Under the pieces are notes generated by a model. That model was not told where the DNA came from, did no database searches, and worked only from the letters and a program-made list of their open reading frames with translations. Below are positions 40,417 through 55,243 of a stretch of 64,000 nucleotides of DNA, in pieces. Position 1 is the stretch's first letter. Each line of letters opens with the position of its first letter. The DNA is taken from NCBI GenBank assembly GCA_951406725.2, contig OX597826.1, positions 58,156,001-58,220,000 on the forward strand, read 5' to 3'. The position numbers were made by a program, and so were the translations under genes. Source of the stretch: Octopus vulgaris (taxonomy: Eukaryota).

Positions 40417-40889
40417 TATATGTACATATATGTACATATATACTCACACACAGGTGCACTCCCTCCCAAACCTTCAATGTTTTACAAATCTAAAAGCTTT
40501 ACCAAAACATGAGTCAATGAGACACTCAAAGCATTGACTCTCCCACACATTATTGTATTTTTTTCTGAGAGAACTTCTAAGTCTTCGAAGAGGCTTTCTC
40601 TTTCAAGTGCTGAGGGTTAAGAATTTAATGTTTGTAACTAAAGTGACAAAACACAACATTGTAGTAAAGGAGCAACAAAAGGGAACGCTGGTATTTGATT
40701 CTACATATTTTTGAACCACTTATCATGTGGAAATATTTAGAAAGAACTGGAGTAATTAATTAGTGTTACTGGTATGACTGCTGTTCTTGTTTAGCCCCAA
40801 GTCCATTCTGACTAAGCAGACTTACCTGGGGGCTAAATCAAAGACAGTCCATCAGAGATTATGGTGCTTTTTACCTGTTAATTAACACT

Positions 40890-41305
40890 TTTACTCTTTA
40901 CTCTTTTACTTGTTTCAGTCATTTGACTGCGGCCATGCTGGAGCACTGCCTTCTAGTCGAGTAAATCGACCCCAGGACTTATTCTTTGTAAGCCTAGTAC
41001 TTATTCTATCAGTCTCCTTTGCTGAAACGCTAAGTTACGGGACGTAAACGCACCACCATCGGTTGTCAAGCAATGGTGGGGGGGGGCAAACACAGACACA
41101 CAAACATATACATACATACATATATATATATATACGTATATACGACGGGCTTCTTCCAGTTTCCGTCTACCAAATCCACTCACAAGGCTTTGGTCGGTCC
41201 GAGGCTATAGTAAAAGACATTTGCCCAAGGTACCACGCTGTGGGAATGAACCCGGAACCATGTGGTTGGTAAGAAAGCTACTTACCACACAGCCACTCCT
41301 GCGCT
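40890..41305 (-). mobile_element. Full-length family B SINE
   Basis: Reverse complement of 34038-34449. Confidence 0.9.
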
Positions 41306-41664
41306 TCTATATAACACTGTATAATTCGCTGCACTTATTATTTTTCTACAACGGTGATGCGTAATATGTGAGACGTCTGACTGTCATTTCGAGCAGATCA
41401 GCATAAGTGCAGACAATTCAAAGCATCTACTTCGTTTTATACAATCGTATACCATTTCATTTGGCCCGAGATCCTATTGTTTCGAGTTTATTTTAATTTG
41501 TTCCATTCTTTTGTTATTTTATTTACTTCAGGTATCAATATATTCTAATTTGCTTCGAGATTAATCCAATTTATACGTTAAAAGCTAAGATATTCTCACT
41601 GAGATTACCGCTAAGATATTTTCACCGACTACCTTTTCTACTGACGGGTTACCACTTTGATTAG

Positions 41665-41810
41665 TTATCGTCTCCACTGACACTGTCGTCTACATTGACT
41701 CAATCGTCTGCAATGATTATCATCTGCACTGACACTCTATCGTTGGCACAGATTCTCTATCGTCTGGATTCATTCTCTATCGTCTGCACTGACTATCCTC
41801 TACACTTGTA
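41665..41810. repeat. Degenerate 17-21-bp minisatellite (ATCGTCTGCACTGACACTCT-like)
   Basis: About 7-8 imperfect units. Confidence 0.7.
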
Positions 41811-42087
41811 TATTGCTCTCAGTTTGATTTACTCGCTAATATTGCGACACATTCTATAAATTTGATTGACCATCTACCATTTCACACGTTGCCATCTTCA
41901 CAAACTCTCCACGATCTTCATTAACACTCAATCGCTTGCACTAACCATGTAGCACTGTATAGACGTTTTTCATTCGCCCACTTCTGTTTCTGACAATTTA
42001 TCACATTTAGGCTAAAAAAATTTTTTCTTTATCTGTACAAGTTTATAGGTTAATTACAGTTGAACTTAACACATAACAGCACACACG

Positions 42088-42209
<122 letters not shown>

Positions 42210-43121
42210 TATACACACTTATGACGAACATAGTAAGACGCCTCACTTCGATTCGATGTTTACAGGAAATAATTCCATGAATTAAATTATACCTGTAACT
42301 TGAATATGAAATCGTTTTATCGCATCTTTCTTCAGAATAAATCAGATGAATTCATTGCAAGAATAAGTGCTATAGGAATTCTCTCAAGCATGTACAAATC
42401 TTCTCACTTAACCATAGATTTCATTGTAAAGAGGAAAATAAGCTTAAAGACATGTTAGCTATGTTGTTTTTTAGCTGCTTAAAATTAGATCCTTTTTTTT
42501 TTTACTGTAGGAACAATGCCGGAATTTGGCAGGAGGGAGCTAGTCGATTACATCACTACTTATTTTATCGACTCCAAAAGTAGCAAAGGGAAAATCGACC
42601 TCGTTGTAATTTGGATTTAGAACGCCGGAAGAAATGGTGTTATGAATTTTGGCCGTGCTCACGGTTTCGCCAGCTCGCTGACTTAGTTGTTTAAAATTTA
42701 AAATTGTTTCAAATTATGGTACAAAACCAACAATCTTACATCCACCCCAGTGCTCAAGTGGTATTTATTTGACCGGCACCGAAAAGAGGAAAAGCAAAGA
42801 CGACCTCGTCAGAGTTTGAACACTGAACGTAAAGTCAGAAGGAATACCGCTAGACATTTTGTCCCGCGTGCTAACTATTCTGCCAGATCGCTGTCTTAGA
42901 TGCTAAAAAACTAATGAAAGATTGGTTTGTTTTAAAACGTGTGGTGTCGAGTCATTGCGTATTTGGGAAGCAGGAAGAAACAGGGGTTACTGAGGCTGAT
43001 ACCATACCAAAGCCTGCCGGACAGAAAGTGAAGAGCTATACAAATACAGCAAGAAAAAGAAAAAGAAAAACAAAAGAAAAACAGCCATTTCGACAACAGC
43101 AGCTGAAATGAACATGATGAC

Positions 43122-43154
<33 letters not shown>

Positions 43155-43163
43155 AATGACGAC

Positions 43164-43215
<52 letters not shown>

Positions 43216-43623
43216 GTGGTGATGATGATGATGATGTCGACGACGACGATGACAAAACAATAATAAAAACAAGGTAATATCGGAATAAATATTTTATTCG
43301 ATTACGTTTTAATGTTAAAGTCAGTTTAAAACTTTTACTTAAATATACTTTGGTACCAGCTTTTATGAAAGATGTTTCTTTTCTAAACGCTTGATCTCTC
43401 ATTCGCCAAAATTCAATGGCTTGAGTAAATCACGCTTAGAACCACACTCCAAATCGAATAACAGAGCAAGGGTGCCCATAAAGTCATGGTGTAGTGCAGT
43501 GGTTCACAACCCTTTTATTTAATATGATTATCCGTATGAGTATGTGCGTGAATATATATATATAAGGGTGGGTGTTGGTGGTTAGCCCTATTGATATGGC
43601 TAGTATACTTTACATTGCCGAGC

Positions 43624-43659
<36 letters not shown>

Positions 43660-43792
43660 ATATACATTTAAACACGTAAGAGATGGGCATAGTAGGACAT
43701 CTAACCCGCTAGAAGGTGTAGTTAAAATCCAAACCACTATTAAGGGTAATTTCCAAAGGGAATGAAAAATTAAAACATTTACCATCTATTTT

Positions 43793-43859
43793 CTGTACCA
43801 TGGTTTCAAGCTATCTTCAGTAAATAAAATAATTTGCTAGGCGCAACTATCATCAGCAG
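43793..43859 (-). ncRNA. Type I hammerhead with intact core and extended stem II
   Basis: CUG-CUGAUGA-U-AGUUG..(30 nt)..UAGCU-U-GAAA-CCAUGG-UA-CAG. Confidence 0.75.
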
Positions 43860-44019
43860 GAAAGCCAAGATTAACATATATATACGAGGCAATACAGAAC
43901 CTGCCTCGTGCTTACATGTTATAAATTTTCAAATCCACCACGCAAACGCAGTTTTTTTTTATCGGCAGCAAATAGAAAAATTGCCAATTTTCCTCCAAAA
44001 TTAGCCAAAAAATCATTAT

Positions 44020-44546
<527 letters not shown>

Positions 44547-45676
44547 ATGTGTGTGTATGTGTATATACACACACATAGATTCATATATATGTGTATTTGT
44601 TTATGTGTGTGTATATATATATATATATAAGATATACATATATATATGTATGTTTAGGTATATATTTGATATTGATATGTATATGAAAATGTTATATATA
44701 TATAAACTTATATATGTATATATAATGCACACATATATATACATAAATATATACATAAATGCATATATGTGCACACACACATATACTTATATGCATATAT
44801 ATATATAAAGTGTGTATAGACATATATATGTATACGACATAAATATTGTGAAACCAATATTAAGCCCATGCTCAGCAAGGATTTCATTAAAAGAGTGCAA
44901 TATAAATACTCAAAGATTAACTGAAATCAATAATCCTTACCGTCATAAAGTAGAGTTAGTATCTTTAGATTCGTATTAACTGTTTTCGAGAGAAAACATA
45001 GCCGCCGCCCGAAACACTATTTCTGGTTATTAACCTGCTCTGTTTGTGTGCCTACAAACTGGATTCAAGAGAATATATAATAAATTTTGCAAGTAAACCC
45101 CTGGTATGGACAGCTTAATGTTGGTTTCAGGGAATTTATTTCTAATATATAATTTGAATACTTTGCCTAAACCTACCGCCAAACATCTCATAACATCAAT
45201 AGATATTGTTACCAATAGCATTGTCCAAAGTGTGCTTGCACTGAAGCACCATATATGTACATACTTATGTACATATGTTCTTATATACATACTTATATAT
45301 TTATATACTTATATACATAGATGCATGCGTACGTTCATACATACACCTCCAACGCACACATGTATATGAATAAAAGTTTTTGGTAATGTAAACCAACGTG
45401 AAATATATCGATTACGTTAGAAAAATGTAGTCAGAAGCAATGGAAGTATCTTATTTATTTATTCATATAAATATAGATATAAATAGTCTGGATTTTCCTA
45501 CGGAAATTATACCCTAACGCTAAATTTCCTTTATCTTGTTTTGGTAACATCTAGCATTGGAGAGTCAAATCTTTTTCCATTATCAATATATAGACACATA
45601 CATACATTCATATATATCTACGTACGTACACACAGGCGCGCACAAACACACACATACACATATATACACACATATG

Positions 45677-45775
<99 letters not shown>

Positions 45776-45959
45776 CATGTATGTATGTATGTTTGTATGT
45801 ATGTATGTATGTATGTTTGTATGTATGTATGTATGTATGTTTGTTTGTATGTATGTATGTATGTATGTATGTATGTATGGATCAAAACAGTTTGATTCAA
45901 ATCCGTTGGTACTTTTGAGTTTCAAGCGTGATGCTAGCCGTCAGCCATTTTGAATTTGA

Positions 45960-46021
<62 letters not shown>

Positions 46022-46614
46022 TTGTATCTAGACTGCGTATGGTTGGTTTAGGCCTTTTTACTTCTTTCAAACTCTTCCGTCCTTCCTTCTTAAATTTTGA
46101 ATTTTAGATACGTAATGAAGATCTCCTGGGATATTTCAGAGTTAAATGTCATTTGTTTTTTAACTTGAGGTGTTACCGAGAAACATCCATCAAACCAGAG
46201 CTGTCGCGGTCAAAACAAAGTTTACCGTAAGCCTAAATTGACGCGGATTCGCCTGATCCAATCTATTAGTGGGACAGCTGAGATTTGCAAGACATTCCAA
46301 AGGTTTTCCATCTGAGCTGAGATTTTTTTATATGAATGGATGCACACATTTGGGTGTGCATACAGCTCGACCCATCACCAACTTAACTACATATTTATAA
46401 ACATCGGAAACTGTCTCAAATCAGGAAGCCTTATCACTTTGTTAGCGGCAGGCTTGAACTCTCTTGCAAACTTCAATGAAATTCAAAGAAAGAACATACA
46501 TACACACATATGTACATATTTAAACACACACACACACTCATACACGCACGTACACACACGCATACGCACACGCACGCATACACACACGCATACGCACATC
46601 TATCTATCTATTTA

Positions 46615-46648
<34 letters not shown>

Positions 46649-46814
46649 AATATATATATAAACATATATATATATATGAACATATATATATATATACATA
46701 CATATATACATACATATTTAAAATCATACACTCACACGCGCGCGCCCACACACCCACACGCACACATCTATCTAGATGTCTTTCTAACTATCTATCTATC
46801 TGTCTATCTATATT

Positions 46815-46923
<109 letters not shown>

Positions 46924-47137
46924 GTGCGTGTACATACATGCGTACATACATACACACATACATACGCATACATACTTATACGCACATACATACATTCATA
47001 TACATAACCATTCTCATTAAAGAAGCAGCGAAGTGAAACATGTAACACACACACATACAAGCAGTATTGCATATACGCGTGCACACACACACAAACACAC
47101 ACATATACACAGACACACAAAGACACAGACACACAAA

Positions 47138-47199
<62 letters not shown>

Positions 47200-48270
47200 T
47201 ACATGCCCATATCTTACCTACCACGAACAATTTATGTATCTTCTGTTCATATAAAAGTTATTTTAAGGAAGAAATAAGCAATAACAGATACGAAGAACAC
47301 AAAACAACGAAATAAAGGGGTAACTATAAAAACGAACGAAACGAAACGAAACGTAAAGGAATATAATAATAATATAAAAATCTTTTTAAAAAATTCTTTT
47401 ATTTCTTAATTATATTATTTAATTTTTGTTTTACCTTTTAACAAAATATCAGTCTTTATTCCGTTTAAAGACAAATAAATTTTTAAAGAAAGAAAAAACA
47501 AAAAGAGGAAAATAAAACAATGAGAATCAAGATATTTCTTCCTCGATACGCCATAACGATAGTTATCATTATTTGTATTTGAGTTTAATGTCTTTTTAAA
47601 GGTTCTTTTCTAGTTTATAAAAGAATTTCCACAACGAGAAGGCGGGAGGGAAAGCAAAAAAAAATAAATAAATAAATAAATAAATAAAAATCTGAAATTT
47701 AAAAAAAAATTCAAATGCCAATCAACGTCACGTGGTTTTGACAGAATTTGCGTTAAGCGTCGGCCAACTTTCTTCGTCACGCTTCACAGTTGTCATTAGT
47801 GAGTAGATCCGATCTGGGCTTCGTTTTTGTCTTAGACATTACTCCCCCACCCCCCACAGGCATATCTTCACCGCCAGCACTATGACGACCACACCTAACA
47901 CAAAAATATATGTGAAAAACGAAAAATAAATAAATAAGATAAAAATGGTAAAAAAAAAAATTAAATGATCGACAAATAAACAATCAATAAAGTCTCATTG
48001 CATGAAAGGAAGTTTATTTTAATTCTTAAAATACAATATTTAAATATAAAGCGAGCGAGCGATGCTAGGCCAAGAATATGAGGAGAAGGGACGAGTTGTG
48101 TGAGAATTGGGATTTAAAGTTAAGAAAAGAAAAAGAGAAAAAGGAAAATGAAATGAAAAAAGATTATCTCTAAACGAATATTTTTTTTTACTACAAATGG
48201 CGGTGCCCCAGCATGGCCACAGTTCGAGAGCTGAAACTAGATAAAATGAATATATATATATATATATATA

Positions 48271-48658
<388 letters not shown>

Positions 48659-48679
48659 GGTTTGTACATAATCCTGCGT

Positions 48680-48903
48680 AACAAACAAGGGTCAGTTTTC
48701 CCGGCTTCTCTCACGTATATATTCCTCCCTGGATAGGACGCCGGTCCGTCACTGGATTGCTCACTTTTCTCGGCTGAGCGGACTGGAGCAACGTGAAATG
48801 AAATGTTTTGCTCAAGTGCACAACGCATCGGCCGGTTCAAGAATCGAAACCACAAGGTAATGAGTGATGAGTTCAACGTCCTAAGCACTAAGCCACGCCC
48901 CTT
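48680..48903 (-). mobile_element. tRNA-derived SINE of a further family
   Basis: Minus strand GGCGTGGCTTAGTGCTTAGG (A box) and GGTTTCGATTC (B box), then CTTGAGCAAAACATTTCATTTCAC. Confidence 0.75.
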
Positions 48904-49209
48904 CTCGCGCGCGCACAAACACATACACACACAGTTGCACACACACATGTATATGTTTATATTTCATTGTTGTGTATAACAAACACACAGAAAGAGAGAC
49001 ACATAAATATATATACATGTGGTCAAAATAGCAAAAACGAAACGTGGGCAATGAGAGAGACTACGGACAGTTGGACTACGTGAGTGGTTATAACTGGTGG
49101 ATAGAAACTCAAGACGTTGTAGACAAAATATAAACACAAGAAGAAATTAACATTAAAAGGTTTTGCACAGAAATACGAATGCCAAAAAAGAAAAGGAAAA
49201 AAATTGTAG

Positions 49210-49244
49210 ATTGACGTTTCGGGTGATGAACCTTTTATCAAAGT
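49210..49244 (-). ncRNA. Degenerate minimal hammerhead, U3-A8 variant
   Basis: ACU-UUGAUAA-AA-GGU(ucauc)ACC-C-GAAA-CG-UC-AAU. Confidence 0.5.
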
Positions 49245-50308
49245 AAAGTAAGAAATGAATAAGAAAGATAAAATAAAAGAAACGATAGCTGTTGAAAGCA
49301 AAGCGTGTATTTCGCCTACATGCTGTAGAATGTGCATTGGACCTTAAGACCGGAAGTAGACAATCACACATACATACATGAGGTGTGATATTGTTCGAAA
49401 GCAACAGCAACGAAAGGAAGCGTATTGTGATTAGTAGTGTATAACAACATCCGACATTCTGGTCGGTAGCGTTATATCGTAACATATACGTATAGTTGAG
49501 TAAAATCGGTGTAAAAACCATATATCATGCTATGCAAAGCACCTCAACATTTATTGGCTACCAGATGTCATCATGCTGTGGGAATATTCTTGTTATCGGA
49601 TATACATCAGGAATTCCATAGTATCCGTAGAGTTTAAATAAATACATGAATACGAGAAAATGGATTGAAGGACATTATTTTAAAACACTGCAATTGTTTC
49701 CACACATTGTTAAACCCGCGGTACATTCTTGAGATGATTAATTAATACATTGTGTAATAACATATTTTACACCTTTAATGGATGATATCAATTACATACT
49801 GTGTGAATTATATCAACAATTGTAACAATTGAAATACTGTCCATATGTATACGATTCGAGGACATTGCAGCGAATTATATCTATGAGGAAAACACTCCAT
49901 TGTACGCTGCTCCACTTTCTTATGTAGAAAATTAATCCCCATCAGTTGCTGGTAGAGCTCTCTTGCAATCCAGCTGTCAAATCGTCAATGTTCTGCTTCG
50001 TGAAGACTTGTGAGTGACAAGAAGGTGTTAGCGCTTGCTGGCAAAGATGTAGATACTTAAAACCACTAACAAAAGCGAGGTACAAACTACTATATCATAC
50101 TCGCTTGTGAGTGACGGCCATGCATAAAGAAGCTGAATGTGTCTGTATGTATGTGTGCGTGTGTGTGTTTGTGTATATATATGTATGTATACACATATAC
50201 ATATAAACATGCAGGTCCATATACGTCTCAATTATATAGGAATTGGCATACGCATGCGTACACACACACACGTATATACAATCACATGTGCTCTTTATGT
50301 GTGTGTGT

Positions 50309-50377
<69 letters not shown>

Positions 50378-50793
50378 TGTGTATGTGTGTGTATGTATGT
50401 GTGTGTATGTGTGTGTGTGTATGTGTGTGTGTGATTTTTAGAAGGCGGGAGAAGAGTGAAAAAGGAAAACGAGAGAAACAGAGAGGAGTGGAAAGGAAGA
50501 GAGAATGGTTTGTGTGTGAGTGTATTTGTGGTAATTTAATTGCGTAAGCGTATAATAAATTTAACCGAAGCCAGACCGAAGGACAATCGCCTTTGCGATT
50601 GATTAAAGATGAACGGAAACGATGCTCAGGAAATGACGTATTTTTTTGAGAGTGGAAAGACAGCTTACAGTGTTAGTAGTTTAGCCATGCATACATACAC
50701 GCATACACACATAAATACATACATACAAACATTTGGATTTAGATATATGTATACACATATATATGTATGTACGTATTTATATATATATATATG

Positions 50794-50883
<90 letters not shown>

Positions 50884-51029
50884 GCACACACATATGATGT
50901 GATTCAATGGCGTAGAAGCTAGTTGCAAAGAACTCGCCAAATGCACGTGGTTTGACAAATGCGTTGGCATGAAATTCGACGCCATATAGCCACTTATGAA
51001 GCTTCATATGTAGTAGTTATAATATTAAT

Positions 51030-51447
51030 AATGGTTTCAAATTTTGCCACAAGAGCAGCAATTTGGGGCGGCGGGGGGGTGGGGGGAAGGATGTGTCGAT
51101 TACGTAGACATCCAGTATTCAACAGGTACTTATTTTATCGACCCCGCAAAGATGAAAAAGCAAAATCGACCTCAGCGGAATTTGGACTCAAAACGGAGCG
51201 ACAGGCGAAATACCTATTTCTTTATTACCCACAAGGGGCTAAACACAGAGGGGACAAACAAGGACAGACATAGGTATTAAGTCAATTACATCGACCCCAG
51301 TGCGTAACTGGTACTTAATTTATCGACCCCGAAAGGATGAAAGGCAAAGTCGACCTCGGCGGAAATTGAACTCACAACGGAGCGACAGGCGAAATATACC
51401 ACTAAGCATTTCGTCCGGCGTGCTAAGGATTCTGCCAGCTCACCGAC
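51030..51447 (-). mobile_element. Family A SINE dimer
   Basis: One head and two central-domain units. Confidence 0.85.
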
Positions 51448-51458
51448 TTCATTCATAT

Positions 51459-51518
<60 letters not shown>

Positions 51519-51662
51519 AACTACTACTACTAATAACAATAATAATAATAATAATAATAATAATGATGATGATGATGATGATAATAATAATAATAATAAT
51601 AACAGTCCTTTCTAGTATGTGTGTATGTATGTATGTATGCATGTATGTATGTGTGTGTGTGT

Positions 51663-52140
51663 ATGGGCACAAGACGTCACTAACAGCAAGGAACATGAAA
51701 TACGAAAACAAATGAGTTAAATGCGCAAACAACGAGAGAGAAAACGGGAAACAGGACAAGTACCACAATGAACGACTCTTCATCAGTTGTCGGTTGTGTA
51801 TCTACTCCTCATTTCGAGCATTGAACGACAATATGAGTCTTCGAAGACAGTTCCTCCCATCAATACCAAAATAAAATTCTGGATTTATGGAGGGTCAAAG
51901 TTGGGAACAAAAACAGGACAGTGGAGACATACAAAGAAACCGAACGAAAATAAACATTGATGGTCGTTATACCTGAACGAGGGTAAAATAGTGAACGCTG
52001 GAGAAATATTTTCTTTGAAAAGAGAAAATATAGAAAAGATAGACGTCCAGTCCTTAGGACGCCCCGGGGGAAAGGAAATAATGTCACGCGAGGAAAAGAA
52101 AGATGGACGATGGTCACGTGTGATCAACGAGAGAGACAAA
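51663..52140 (-). mobile_element. Longer copy 2 of the permuted-hammerhead cassette (probable PLE terminal repeat)
   Basis: Homology to 48271-48491; 3' end abuts (TG/TA)n; 5' part pyrimidine-rich; the 5' boundary is approximate. Confidence 0.7.
51775..51837 (-). ncRNA. Non-circularly permuted (pseudoknotted) hammerhead ribozyme, intact core
   Basis: CUCAU-A-UUGUCG-uucaau-GCUC-GAAAUGAG-gaguagauacacaac-CGACAA-CUGAUGA-A-GAGU; all three stems pair. Confidence 0.72.
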
Positions 52141-52152
52141 GAGAAAGAGGGG

Positions 52153-52355
52153 AAGGCAGCGAACTGGCAGAAACGTTAGCATGCTGGGCGAAATGCTCGT
52201 CTGTCTTTACATTCTGAGTTCAAATTCCGCCGCGGTCGACTTTGCCTTTCATCCTTTTGGGGTCGATAAATTAAGTACCAGTTGCGTACTGGATTCGATC
52301 TAATCGACTGATGCCCTGCCCGAAAATTTTGGGCCTTGTGCCTACAGTAAAAAAG
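52153..52355 (+). mobile_element. Family A SINE (short-tail form)
   Basis: GGCAGCGAACTGGCAGAAACGTTAGC head plus central domain. Confidence 0.85.
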
Positions 52356-53159
52356 TATATATATAAAGAGATATTTCCATATCTCTGTAGAGAAATATAT
52401 TTTTATATATGTATGTGCACGTAGTTCATAACTGATGGCGTATATTTGATGGAATATTTAAACAGAATTATAGAAAAATATGCTCTTAATTATGGGATAC
52501 CCTGTGTGTGTATGTTTGTGTATAAATATGTGTGTATAAGTGTGTATATATTCACGCACACTTACGCATACATACACACACGTATGTATATGCATGCACG
52601 CATATGTGTACGATTGTGCAAGATTGTGTTTGTGCGTATGCATATGTGTATGCATTTGTGTGCACATGCATACACGCAATAATACCAGCGCTCATGTTCA
52701 CACACACGCACACATTCACATGCACATGCGCAGAATCTTTTAATTTTCTTGAAATATTCTCTCTAGTCACGACATTAATTTACGTCTAATTGGTGTCAGC
52801 GCAAGTCACATGACAGCCAGCCGTCTCGCACGATATCACTGAGCTTGATTTTGAGTTATCTCCCCCTGCTCACTACCCATCACCTCTGTTTCATTTGGCT
52901 GTAATTTGAGAAGTTGTGCGCTATGGCGATGTTTGGCGTCGGTGTTGGACGTATAACTTTTTGTTTCTCTGTTCCATTCCTCCTTCATCCTACAACTGAC
53001 ACATTACCTTAATTCTGCCCTGGCTCTCTTCATATTGTTATTGTTCTTGTTTCTGTTTTTACTATTTTTGTTATTGCTGCGGAATATCGACAGCCTACCT
53101 TTAAATTCGATGCAGTTTTTTGACGTTTCCTTGTAGTTGTTGTAACTGTAATATTAGTG

Positions 53160-53630
53160 GATGTGGTTGTTGTTGTTCTCGTTGTTGTTGTTGTCGTTGA
53201 TTATTGTAGTGATTGTAGTTGCAGTAGCATTTGTTATTGTTGTTGTTTTACTAGTTGTTGATGTTATTGTTAATGTCAATGATGATAACGTTGTTGTCGA
53301 TTATAATGATGATGCTAATTATATTGATTACAGTAACGATGGTAATGATGATGATGGAGACACCGACAACGCCAACGACGCTGATGCTGACAATGTTGAT
53401 GGTGATGATGAGAATGATGATGAAGGGGATGAGGATGATGAAGATGATGACGATGGTGATGATGAGTATGATGACGACGACGACAACGACGAAGATGATG
53501 ATGATGGTAATTATGATGATGCTGATGATTATGATGATGAGGGTGAGGACGACGACGACGACAACGACGCCGATGATGACGATGATAATGATGATGATGA
53601 TGATGATAACGATGGCGTTGGTGCAGGTTA
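53160..53630. repeat. (GTT)/(GAT)/(GAC) low-complexity tract
   Basis: Seen directly. Confidence 0.9.
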
Positions 53631-53874
53631 AGGTAGTTTGGTTCACAAGTAATCGGTGGTTATGATTTCTGGTTCTTTTCATGTCAATGTTTGTCTTGTG
53701 ATCGTTGCTGTCGTCCTCATAACCAGCTCCATACCAAATCTCTTTCGTCCTTTTCTTCGTTTCTTTCTCTTCCTCTTTCTCTCCTTTTTTCCTCTCTTTC
53801 TCTTCATCTTCCCGTTCTCCTATTCTTCTCCTTCTTTCCCTTCTCCTCCTCTTCATCTCCTTCTCCTCATCTTA

Positions 53875-54103
53875 TTTCTTTATTGCCCACAAGGGGCTAA
53901 ATATAGAAGGGACAAACAAGGACAGACAAAGGAATTAAGTCGATTACATCGACCCCAGTGCATAACTGTTACTTAATTTATCGATCCCGGAAGGATGAAA
54001 GACAAAGCCGACCTCAGCGGAATTTGAACTCAGAACGTAACGGTAGACGAAATACCGATAAGCAACTCGCCCGGCGCGCTAACGTTTCTGCCAGCTCACC
54101 GCC
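53875..54103 (-). mobile_element. Family A SINE monomer
   Basis: Full head-to-tail copy; approximate TSD TTCTC(C)TCATCTT. Confidence 0.88.
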
Positions 54104-54448
54104 TTTCTCTCATCTTGCTCCTCATCCTGCTTCTCATCCTTTCTCTCATCTCCTTCTCCACATCTTGCTCCACTTCTCTTCCACTTCCTCCCTTTTCTCC
54201 TCTTTCTCCTCTTCTCTTCATTTCCCTCCTTTCTCTTCCTCCAATTCTCCTCCTCTTCTTCCACCGTTCCTTCTATTTCTCCCAGTCTCCTACTCTTCTC
54301 CTCCTCCTCTTCTTCTTCTTCCACCTCCTCTTCCTCCTCTTCTTCTTCTTTTTCTTCTTCTTCTTCTTCCTCCTCTTCTTCCTCCTCTTCTCCCTCCTCT
54401 TCTTCCTCCTCTTTCTTCTCGTTGTCTTCATCGTCGTCGTCGTCGTCG

Positions 54449-54492
<44 letters not shown>

Positions 54493-55073
54493 TTCATCAT
54501 CATCATCGTCCTCACCGCCATCATAAATCATCATCATCGTCATCAGCGTCATTTTTATCGTCTGTTGTTAACGTCGTTGTTTTGGCCAATGAAAGAATTA
54601 ACAATAATCTTTGCGACCAGATTTTAAAACGAAAATGCATGTTTATCCCAAGCAAGCATTCGGATGGTTTGCAAAGGAAAGATAAAACGATGGTACTCGC
54701 AAAAATTATTGTTTTAAAATTTTAGCGGTACATTCTCAGATCAAAATTCCACTGAGGTGGACCTTACCGTTTATCCTTTCGTGATCGATAAGATAAGTGC
54801 CAGGTGAGTGCTAGGGTCAATGAAATCGATTAGCCCCACCTTACTCTCCCCATATTTCAGGTCTTACGCCCGTAGAACAAAGAAAAAAATACCGCAGAGT
54901 CGTTAGCATTGACGGCAAGGTTATTAGCAGCATTTATTCGGAATTTGACTTTGCCTTTCATCCTCTCGGAGTTGATGAACGAAATACCAGTTGAGCGCTG
55001 GGGTCAATATAAACGACTAGCTTCTTCCATCAAAATTTTATGGCCTTGTGCCTATAACAGAAAGGATTACTGA

Positions 55074-55118
<45 letters not shown>

Positions 55119-55160
55119 ATGTTGTTGTTGTAGTTGTAGTAGCAGTAGTAGTGGTAATGT

Positions 55161-55243
<83 letters not shown>

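Noticed and set aside
42914-43111. 65-aa non-repetitive ORF
   Set aside because: Short, with no recognisable motif or convincing splice context
43467-43520. Possible left TIR for the 44020-44419 element, and a hAT-like end CAGTGGTTCACAACC
   Set aside because: Matches are short and imperfect, with no matching TSD established
53161-53631. ORF resembling a signal peptide plus Asp-rich (biomineral-like) protein
   Set aside because: Made of (GTT) and (GAT/GAC) tracts like many others in the window, with overlapping ORFs in other frames; only RNA-seq or proteomics could rescue it
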